Origin: Hydrurus foetidus
Lineage: Eukaryota
Direction of reading: 5' to 3'
Length of the DNA: 64,000 bases
NCBI GenBank assembly: GCA_900617105.1
Contig: UYFQ01000710.1
Location: 62,001-126,000, forward strand
Shown here: piece after piece, positions 21,675 through 31,188 of the stretch
How the letters are laid out: every line of letters begins with the position of its first letter
Position numbering within the stretch: position 1 is the first letter of the stretch
Program-made: the position numbers and the translations under genes
The notes under the pieces: generated by a model
Told to the model about the DNA's origin: nothing
Seen by the model: the letters and a program-made list of their open reading frames with translations, nothing else
Databases searched by the model: none

Positions 21675-23710
21675 ATTAATTCATTAGCAACATCCGATCA
21701 TAGTAATGGAGAATCATTAAGACTGTCGCAACTGAATATGACACTTGACACTCTCAATCTCACTCAATGCTTCCACTTTATGACGAGTGAGGAGTAAGGA
21801 GTGTTCCTTAGTTTTGAGTTTCCGTATTGCGTATTCCAGCGGTAGACAAAACTTGACCCATGGTCAGAACCTGACCCACAGAATCTTCAAATCGATCCGT
21901 CGCATCCACGAATGTCAATGACCATTATGGTCAGAACATAGCGAAGTAAGCACGATCCAGCCTCAGGAAAATTACTGCCGGTTCCACATCAGCGAGCATT
22001 CGTGCTGATCATCTCCGTTGAAATGGTAGTTGCGTAAATAGCCATCAATATCCTGATATTTACGATGCCATTTACTTACTGATTTCGAAAAACATTTCAC
22101 CACAGGGTACTTAAAAAAATCAATGGAGGCTTCCGCAAAATTCCGCATGATGCCAGATAGGATCCGACATCATTTTAGAGGTGACGCCGCGGATATGATA
22201 ACAGAATCCTTCAAATTGTGTCAGGCACAAACATATTTGCTAAACTGTCACGGTATTCGAGTTGCCACTTATATCCTCAATTTCCATTTCATTGAACAGC
22301 CCATCGTCATCGTCGCTTTCCTCTGGAGTTGTAATGACTGGTTGTTGCTGTTGTTGAGTTTTGGCGGCTTTGGAAGCCGCCCTCTTGGCCTTATTCTCAG
22401 CTTTCAATTCAGATTGGATCGTCGCAATTTCTCCGCGTCCTTTAATTCTCTTCGAGCCTTGACATCCTCAGCCTTCCGCTCCCTCACAGCTCTTGATACT
22501 TCACGCAACTCTGCAGCCGCTGCTCGTCTAGCCGGCTCGGCTGTCCGATAGTTCACATAGGATCGGTACTGAGCGATGCAGTCCACCGAGTTCATAATGA
22601 CGGATCTCTGCTGATGGAGTGGTCGATCATCTTTAGGTCGGTTGTTTGATGCCTCATCATTCACGCTCAGTATTCCCGCTGCATCCATTTGCTCCTCAGT
22701 CAAAATGCCCTTCGTCCTGAAAATTTCCACCATAGCAGGTAGCGCCTCTTGCATATGCTCCATGTCTCTGGCGGATATGACCCGTGAACACCGACTCATC
22801 GACGTCAGGAAGGATACTGGATACTGACCGATTCTCTTATAGCCAGTCTTCACAATCTCCGGTGTCATGACATGTTTGATAGAATAGACCACTTGCTGTA
22901 GCGAGTTGCAAATCAGTAACTTCTTTGCACTCGTGAACCGGGACTCCTGTGGTCGTACCGGGTATACCGGGCCTACGGGCCGTACCGGACCTTGTCACGA
23001 TCCACCCGATCCTTCCGCCTACAGTACACATACAGCCCTACCACGACTAGCTAGCTAGCTGCAGCCTACTCGTAGAAGTTACCTAGCTTCTAGCTTAGTT
23101 GTAATCTAACTACCACCTACTCGTCTTTAGCTCTTCCCTCCATCCGGACTACAATAGCGCTATTCGTCCAACCTTTCTTCTACTACTTCTCAGTCCATCT
23201 ACTTGTCCGCAACTTTTAGATAAGACCTCTGAGCTATCTATAGTCCGCCACGGCCGACTTCTCTTGCAGCTTTGAGCTCAGAGAACCTTAGTTTAAGTTA
23301 GAGAAAGTCAGCATACCTGCTTTCTTGGAATCCCTAAGCTTGGGCTCTTCCATTCTTTAAGTTTCCGGTCGAAGTCGAAAGATCCTTCCCGAGATTCATT
23401 AAAGACCTGCTCTGACGGTCGATTGAATCACGGATTCATCACCGCTGACATAAGATTAGTCAAGAGACGTCTTTTTGTCGCTGGAAAGCAGCAGCATATA
23501 CCTTAAAAGGTACCCAGATTTTATACCACTCAAAATTTGGCTCTTAAGCCATTGGACTTTTCAGTCCAAGAGTTGGTTAGAATCTTCTAACGCGTTGTTA
23601 CTGACGAAACAGTACCCGTTAGCGAACAAGGCAAACCCCTTGCAAAATTTTTTTGACAAGAGGGGATTGATCTCTGCTGTGTTTAAGCGAGATACATATC
23701 TAGTAGCGAT

Positions 23711-25780
23711 ATGTCCGCCGCACCTCCATCTCCACCACCTCTTGATGAGGAGGAGATTGCTCGTCTCGCAGCGTTGGCTGCCCTCAATGAGACTCTTCCA
23801 AGCAACAGCTCATTGTTTGGTAACAGCTCGCTGACGATGCAACTCCAGAGTGAGGTATTCGTGCTCAGACACAACTTCATTGATGAAGCTGATGCCATTG
23901 AGTTCTACGAACAGGCTCAACGCAATCCCAACATGAAGTTGACGGACTGTATGCAGAAGCAGGCAATCGAACTACTGAACTTCAAAATCTTAGTCGACCC
24001 TGAATTCAACATCATCGACCGTCGACAACGTCATGATTGGTTCACCATACTATCGGTGACTCAGGTAGCCACTCTAGTAGTGAAGTACTTCTGCCCAAAT
24101 GGTTTGGGGGAGTGTACTTTGGCAGAGAGTTTCAGCCAGATTCCCTTCCACTACCAGATCGCTAATCACGATCATGAGAACGCCACATTCATTCGTTACA
24201 ATGAACTTGTGAGCAACTATGAGAGGTCCAAGGGCCCTCTGACTATGACTCAGCACGCTGAGCTTATTCAGATCTTGGAGAAGCGCTTAGCTAAGGGTAG
24301 TCAAATTCAACAAGACTACCTGAGAGCGAAAGCTGCTGACACCTCACCACCCAACACGGGGACATGGTTGAAGACTATGCTACGCATTGGTCAGGTTCTG
24401 GCTGAGGCTAGGTCGATGACGAACCTCATCAAAAGCTACGGCAACCCGGAGGTAGTGTACTCGTTCCCTTCATCGGCTATTCCGCCTGAGGTTGGTAAAA
24501 AAGAGACAACCAGAGCAAGTGTTAAGGCACCCTCACCTACTCCATCCGGGACGTCTAAGTCACTTACAGCGACTGTGCGTACAACAGGCTCGTACATTCC
24601 GACTCAGCACGGACTCGCTGTCCGTGCGTCGACGGAAGTGCCGTTCGTACCGAACTTGCTAGCGTGCCGTTCGTGCGGGTCTAAGTCGCACATGTTGCTT
24701 GACTGTCCCATCTTGTATTACTCCGACTCCAACACAGACCATTCGGCTGATTGGGAGGATTCTACATTGGGTATGGCTTGGGCAGCGGTAGGGTTTTCAG
24801 AATGGCAACAGCATCTCGTACTCCCAGGGTACGAAGATCGCGTTCTGCTACTCCCTAAGGGTTCTAAACCCTACTTGATGTCTAACGACAACAAGCGCCC
24901 CAAAAACAGCCATGGTGGCGGTAACAACCCCAATGCCTCTGGTGGTTCAGATCGTTCCAACCAGGGACAAGGGGGGTATAACCAAAACCAGGGAAACCAA
25001 GGTAACCAGGGAGGTGGTTACCATGGTTCCCATGGAGGGGGTAGAGGTAAGCAGAGGGGAGGATACAACCCTAATGCAAACCAAAACCAGGGTCGTGGAT
25101 CCGGTGGCAGGGGAAACAAATACAACCCACCACGAGGAAACAACCCTCCCTCCTCCTCAAGCTCAGGTCAGGATCAAGGTAAGAACCTTTACTCTGATGA
25201 CGTGGCTGCTGTCTTTGACAATGACTCCCATAATCTGATGGATAGTCCTGTTGAAGAACAGCCACATGTAACTATTCGTGAAGAATTTTTGCATAATCCA
25301 TCTGTCCTTCCTTCTCACCACCTCAACGTAACTGTTATCGTGCAGGATAAGGATAGGACTGGCCCAGCAAGCGAGCTGCGTGCCGTTGGAAGAGCCGTGC
25401 TGGACACCGCGAACTACTCGGAGGATTTCATTTCTTTTACGATGTTAGAAAAACTTAATGCTACTCACCTTTGTTACCCCGCTCCTACAGCTATCACTGT
25501 TTGTAGCGGCCTCGATGGTCAATGTTATGTAAATAACGAAATTTGCGATTTAAAAATCCTTTTTCATTCTTACGATGGCGAATGCCAGAGCATCAGCTTA
25601 CCCATGAGGGTAAATAGAAAAACCGAAATTGAAATTTTGTTTAGCCGTAAGACGGTAAATAAGTATGATTTTTGGTCTTTGACTCCGTTTGCTTTCGGCA
25701 TATCGCCAGAACTTAGCGCGGAGAACAAAAGAAAAGCGATGCGCGCAAACGCGACTTCGATAAGAAGGAAGCTTTGTTGA
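23711..25780 (+). CDS. gag: Gag (CCHC zinc knuckle, G/N/Q-rich tract) fused to aspartic protease-like domain
   Basis: CRSCGSKSHMLLDC fits CX2CX4HX4C. AVLDTANYSEDFIS resembles the retropepsin LDTG...FIS motif. Confidence 0.75.
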   Translation: MSAAPPSPPPLDEEEIARLAALAALNETLPSNSSLFGNSSLTMQLQSEVFVLRHNFIDEADAIEFYEQAQRNPNMKLTDCMQKQAIELLNFKILVDPEFNIIDRRQRHDWFTILSVTQVATLVVKYFCPNGLGECTLAESFSQIPFHYQIANHDHENATFIRYNELVSNYERSKGPLTMTQHAELIQILEKRLAKGSQIQQDYLRAKAADTSPPNTGTWLKTMLRIGQVLAEARSMTNLIKSYGNPEVVYSFPSSAIPPEVGKKETTRASVKAPSPTPSGTSKSLTATVRTTGSYIPTQHGLAVRASTEVPFVPNLLACRSCGSKSHMLLDCPILYYSDSNTDHSADWEDSTLGMAWAAVGFSEWQQHLVLPGYEDRVLLLPKGSKPYLMSNDNKRPKNSHGGGNNPNASGGSDRSNQGQGGYNQNQGNQGNQGGGYHGSHGGGRGKQRGGYNPNANQNQGRGSGGRGNKYNPPRGNNPPSSSSSGQDQGKNLYSDDVAAVFDNDSHNLMDSPVEEQPHVTIREEFLHNPSVLPSHHLNVTVIVQDKDRTGPASELRAVGRAVLDTANYSEDFISFTMLEKLNATHLCYPAPTAITVCSGLDGQCYVNNEICDLKILFHSYDGECQSISLPMRVNRKTEIEILFSRKTVNKYDFWSLTPFAFGISPELSAENKRKAMRANATSIRRKLC

Positions 25781-28700
25781 AACTTGATCCCATGTATCAA
25801 CATAAGTATACGCGTCAAATGATAGCGTTGGGTGCCGAACCAGATACAGCTGAAGTCGAGTCTATCACGCCTCATTATGACAAGTTGAAATATCCAGGCG
25901 GTAAACCTGCCTCTAAAAAGAGGGTTACATATGGTGTACAAGAGTACCCATATAAGAAGAGCATTTTGCTTGGTCAATCTTCTTCGAAGAGCAACGTCTC
26001 CTGTGTCCATTCACGGTCGACATGTAACGATACCCAAAAGGATATTGAGGGAGTCGCGACCCAAAATTCCTGTGGTGATGTAAGTTGTGAGCGACTGAAT
26101 AGTGTCACTACTATTCTCGCAAAACGTACGGGTGATACACCGCACCTAGGTGGCGACCAGATTCCCACCCTTACACATACCTTTGGGGATTCTGATACCC
26201 CCGACTATGTCACTGAGCCTTTATGGCCCAGTGGTGTCGCACTCTCAGTTGACGAGATTGACGATGGCAAGATAGACACGTTCGCACCCTTCTTAGCTGA
26301 GAAGCCTAGTCAAGATGACTTGCCCAAGGGGCCAGAGGATTTCCTCAACGAGATTACCTTTGAGGGAGATGAAAGCTTTCAGAGGAAGCTCCGAGAGCTC
26401 TGTTCTGAATATTCAGACATCTTTAGTGATCAGTTAGCTGAGAAACCAGCGTCACTCAAACCTTTTGAGATTAACATCCCCTTGAGTTGTGGGAAAAGAC
26501 GAAAACCGTACGCCGGTACGTCCCCAGTCATCGACTAAGGAGGTTGCTCTTAAGGAGAATCTCGATGAGATGCTTGCGTCGGGAGTTATAGAGCGGTCAG
26601 ATGCTGCTTATTACAGTCATCCTGTAATCGTAACTAAGTCACCCGGTAAATTTCGAACCTGCATCGATTACCGGCCACTTAATAAGTGCCTGACTCCCGC
26701 CTCTTTTCCCCTGCCGAATATCAAACATCTTTTTGAGAGGATCGGTAATAAAAAACCGGATATTTTTGGTGTGATGGATTTAACCGCGGGTTACCATCAA
26801 GCACCGTTACACCCCGCACACCGCATATTCACAGCGTTTATATGCTTTGCGGGGGTTTTTCAGTTCACGAGACTGCCCTTTGGTCCGTGTCGTGCCCCCT
26901 CTTACTTTCAAGAGCAGATGGTAACGGCGGTCCTCTATGGCCTTATCTATCATTGTTGTGAGATGTATCTCGACGATTGCATAGTATATGGCAAGGGTGA
27001 AGCAGAGTTTCTTAAGAACTTGAATAAAGTCTTTGAAAGATTCAGACTTAAGGGTCTTCGACTCAAGGCAAAGAAATGCCGCTTTGGTCTACCTCGTATT
27101 GAATACGTTGGCAGAGTAGTTGACAAAGATGGTTTATCCATGTCAAAAGAGAAAATAGAAACAGTGTTAAACTTTTCTATACCTAAGAACTTAACTATGT
27201 TAAGATCATTCTTAGGATTGGCGAACTATTTTCGACAGTTTGTACCTATGCATTCGACTTTGGTTAAACCAATGCAAGATATGATAGATCATTCTGCACC
27301 GAAACGTTCGGCCGTTGTATGGACTCAAACAAGTACCAACAGCTTTCACGATACAAAGATCGCGATATCTCGTTGTCCATTAATGTACTTCATTGATGAC
27401 AATAAATTGGATATCCGATTATATACAGACGCGTCTGATTTTGGAATCGGCGGTGTCCTTTTCCAAGTGGTTGATACCATTTGGCAACCAATAGCTTTTA
27501 TAAGCAAATCATTGACACCAACACAAATAAGGTGGTCAACTATACAGAAAGAAGCGTATGCTATATTCTACTGTTGTACACAACTCGATTACCTAATCAG
27601 AGATCGTACATTCACAATCTATACTGATCATTTGAATATCACGTATATGAAACAAAACCCTACCTCAATGGTAGCAAGATGGTTCATTGCAATGCAAGAA
27701 CTTCATTTTACGGTTGTCTTCGTACCTGGCACGTCAAATGCCTTAGCCGACGCATTGTCGCGATTATGTCCTAACTTGACAGAAATCGCATTACCGTTAC
27801 GAACAACGGAATTGGAATTACTTCCAACTTCGTCGTCGTCGGTCACTGTGTCAGCTTTGACAGCTATTGACCCAGCGTCAGACGATCAGTTAGAATACAT
27901 CCAAATGTGCCACAATGCGGTTGTTGGTCACAACGGTGTAGATCGTACCCTTACTCGGTTGTTCAGTCTACAACAAGTTTGGAAAAACATGAAACAACAT
28001 GTACGTACGTTCATACAGAACTGTCCGTGTTGTCAAAAGTTGAGCGCAAAAGATCCTAAGATCAATGCGTCTCACTTTGCAACGTCGAATTATGCTATCT
28101 TTGATACGCTGAATGTTGACTATATCGGTCCATTCCCAGACAAAGGTTATATCCTTGTCATTATCGACACGTTCACACGTTGGACTGAACTATTTTGGTG
28201 TGCAAATGCAGACGCAAAATCAGCGGCCGACTGCCTACTCTCTCATTTTGGCCGTTTCGGTTCGCCAAACATGATACGATCGGATCGAGGATCCCATTTC
28301 GCAAACGATTTAATTAAAGATTTTTAGATCTTTGTGGTACGCCACATAATTTAACCCTCGCATACTCGAAAGAGGAAAATGCGATTGTTGAGAGAGTCAA
28401 CAAAGAGGTAAATAGACACCTAAGAGGTCTTGTTTTTGATAAACAGACCCTTGAGGGATATGCCAAGTCAATCCCATTCGTGCAACGCATCATTAACAGT
28501 TCAGTTAATAGACGCACTAAAGTTGCGCCCGCACATTTACTGTTCGGAAACAAGCTTGACTTGAATCGTGGTATTTTAACACCACACTTAAGTGTGAATA
28601 CACATTCTAGATCAACATACATTGAGGACTTGATCAGTGTTCAGGACAAGGTCCTTGAGTCAGCTGTTCAAGCTTTGGTGTCAGCAGACGCTAAACACGC

Positions 28701-29163
28701 GGCATCAGCTAAGTGTGCGACAGTGTTCCCTATAGGGACATATGTTCTATGTCGTTACACGGATCGACCGCCTACTCGGTTACACACCACGTGGCATGGC
28801 CCGTACCGTGTTATTTCCTACAAAGGATCCGAGTATACTCTCGCTAACCTTGTCACACACAAGGAGCGAAGTGTACATATTAAAAATTTAAAAATTTTTA
28901 ATTATGATTCAGAGGTCGATGTACCGGCTGACACTGCTCGTCGTGACTACATGGAATTTGTAGTGGAAAAGGTTCTTAGTCACTCAGGTGACAAAAAGAA
29001 GCCTACGACAATGTCATTCAAAGTCAAATGGCTTAATTATGATGACACTCATAATTCATGGGAGCCGTGGAAAAACCTACGGCTTTGTGAAGCACTCCAT
29101 GAATACTTGAGGGACAATAAAATGAAACATTTTATCCCCAAGAATCTTGAGGCATCAGTCTAA
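25774..29163 (+). pseudogene. pol: Pol: reverse transcriptase, RNase H, integrase, chromodomain; frameshifts near 25780, 26490 and 28325
   Basis: RT: FRTCIDYRPLN, MDLTAGYHQ, LPFG, YLDD. RNase H: LYTDASDFGIG, KEAYAI, TDH, ADALSR. IN: H...GH...CPCC, VDYIGP, SDRGSHF, ENAIVERVNK, WHGPYRV. Chromo: VEKVL...FKVKWLNYDDTHNSWEPWKNL. Confidence 0.92.
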
Positions 29164-29411
29164 GAAGACTGATCTCGAACGTATTATCTTTTGAAGATTT
29201 TTCCTAATTTTCCCTCGATGAGGTTTTATGGTTTTAGTCAGTAAAAATCTGACATAATTACGTATCGAGGCCTCGGGCACACGTACTTACGTACTTGGCA
29301 CCACTTTTCTCGTCGACCGACCCACCACAGTTTACATTTTGTAAATATTCTTTATTATATTTTTCATTTTAGTTTTCGTAAAATTTTCTTTTTCTTTCTT
29401 AGTTATTATTA

Positions 29412-29483
29412 GGCTCTCTGGGTCGGCGTCTCTCCAGACTACAAAAGCTTTTGTAGTCTGGAGAGACGCCGACCCAGAGAGCC
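29412..29483. repeat. Perfect 72-bp palindrome at the 3' end of the retroelement
   Basis: GGCTCTCTGGGTCGGCGTCTCTCCAGACTACAAAAG|CTTTTGTAGTCTGGAGAGACGCCGACCCAGAGAGCC, 36-bp arms with no spacer. Confidence 0.97.
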
Positions 29484-30969
29484 CAATGCAGTGTCACACT
29501 CCCCGTCCAGAGTAACCCTCCCCGATACAATCTGCTTGATCCTTCCATCCAATCCTTGATTAATATAATCAGTCTCTCTTATCCTGACCAGTTTTTTCTT
29601 TGAAGCCTTGAAGAAGTCGCTGTCATCTGAGGCTTGGGTGATAGCACTGCATGACGCAGGTGACTTGCCGAAATCGATGAGCGCCTCAGCCATTATTTCC
29701 AAGATGCGGTGCTCCTGAAAGACTTGAATCTGTGAAGGCTCACCATCGCAGACAACGAAAGCTCGCATCGGAGTTTTGTCAATGTTTTGACTATTGTAGG
29801 ACTCCCTGCACTTGATGACGAAGGGGGCGACCACCGTGAGTGCGTACCAGCGGTAGAACTCTGCATTGCAGTTCCGAGTTTTTGTGAAGACCAAGAAGCC
29901 AGTTGCATCAACAAGCTGCGTGTGACTTAGACCAGTGACTTCTTCAACGAATAACTCAGTCTCGCTCATGCTGTCGTCAGCAATAATGAAGACAGCCGGT
30001 GCTACATCCCCACAGGCATTATGGAAGTGATAGTACTTGATCGCAAATCCAAGTCCTCCAGCGCTTAGAGATGTTGCACTACGTTGCCGATCTTCTCCCT
30101 CACATTTCACAATTGATGTGTGACCTTCAGCATCAACACAGTACTGCGTTGCGTCCCAGTTAAAGCACATCGCCGCATCACGCTCCGATAGAAAGGCTTG
30201 ATTCATTACGGCAAATGAAAAGAGGTTCCTCGGATCACTTTCAGCAAATATCCTCGCGTGAGTTTTGAATTGACATTTCGACTCGACAAAACTGTTCTGA
30301 CTTTTGAATCTTTGAATGGTTTTCTTCGAGACTCTTATGTCTGATCCAGCTACTCCTCGTCTTTTTCTAGTCTCTGCTGCTTCTGTTTCGACGCGTAAAT
30401 GAAACTGTGTAATCATCGACTGTTGGCAACTCTGTGAAGCCAGATTCTCTCTCAAGTTTTTCCTAATGTTAATGATTCCAGTATCATCTATGATGGGTGG
30501 TCGCCCTCCTCCAGAATTGTGAAATGTGTCTATTCCACTAGATTGCCATAATCGATACTTCCTCATGTAACGTTTCATTGAAGAATAATTCATAGAATGT
30601 CGAGAAGACCATGCATTGACGGAAAGTCCGCTGTCAATTAAGTTCTTGCACAGTTCTTTCTGTTCAGATGCACATAAGTGCCACTCTGATAGATCCTGAT
30701 ATCGTGTTAACTTTAAAGTTTGAACCGCCAAAGTTGGGTCATCAAACGCTGACATTTTAGAGCCCAAAAGAGAAACGAGACAGAAATGACCCAAAAGCAC
30801 TAGTTGCAACTTCGATTGTTAAGTTGTAAGACACAACGATATGAAGAGAAGTACAAGCAGTATTCAAAAAGGAGACCAAATCATTTGAAAACATTGTTCC
30901 ATCAACGGATCGATTTGAAGATTCTGTGGGTCAGGTTCTGACCATGGGTCAAGTTTTGTCTACCGCTGG

Positions 30970-31008
30970 TATTGCGTATTGCGTATTGCGTATTGCGTAT
31001 TGCGTATT
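30970..31008. repeat. (TATTGCG)n heptamer array split by the pogo-like element
   Basis: About 5.5 copies right of the element and about 1.5 copies at 21825-21835 left of it. Confidence 0.85.
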
Positions 31009-31188
31009 CCATATTCCGTATAAAACGCACAACACACGACCTTCAACTTAGCTCGCATCCTGAAGCTGTGTTGATGGCTCTACTGACCGATATTATTCTC
31101 TGTTAGGTATTGATATATTGCTGTAGAAGATGATACAAATAAACTGAGGGAGGATACGCTGAAGAGTCCATTTGCTTCGAGCGGGGTG

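Larger units (their letters stand above)
22948..29498 (+). mobile_element. Ty3/Gypsy chromovirus-like retroelement lacking detectable LTRs
   Basis: CTCC|TGTGG...GTCACA|CTCC junctions, gag-PR-RT-RH-IN-chromo order, and no long direct repeat between the two ends by eye. Confidence 0.88.
22404..30755 (-). pseudogene. pogo-like DDE_1 transposase split by a retroelement insertion (30755-29499 joined to 22947-22404)
   Basis: Motifs CFNWDATQY, FHNACGDVAPAVFII, AFVVCDGEPSQ and PASCSAITQASD...FFKASK. Removing 22948-29502 gives in-frame ...VTLDGESRFTSAKKLLICNSLQQVVYS... A probable frameshifted tail continues to about 22240. Confidence 0.85.
21836..30969 (-). mobile_element. pogo-like (IS630-Tc1-mariner) DNA transposon, ~2.58 kb without the nested insert
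   Basis: Perfect 65-bp TIRs (CCAGCGGTAGACAAAACTTGACCC...; 21836-21900 and 30905-30969), TATT directly repeated on both flanks, and an internal DDE_1-type transposase. Confidence 0.9.

Noticed and set aside
22993..23003. TGTCACGATCC as an alternative LTR start matching the terminal TGTCACA
   Set aside because: Only 6 bp are shared. The TSD and restoration of the transposase frame place the left end at 22948.
26480..28330. Programmed frameshifts within pol
   Set aside because: The shifts fall just before the RT core and inside the integrase core at short homopolymers. Decay or sequencing indels are more likely.
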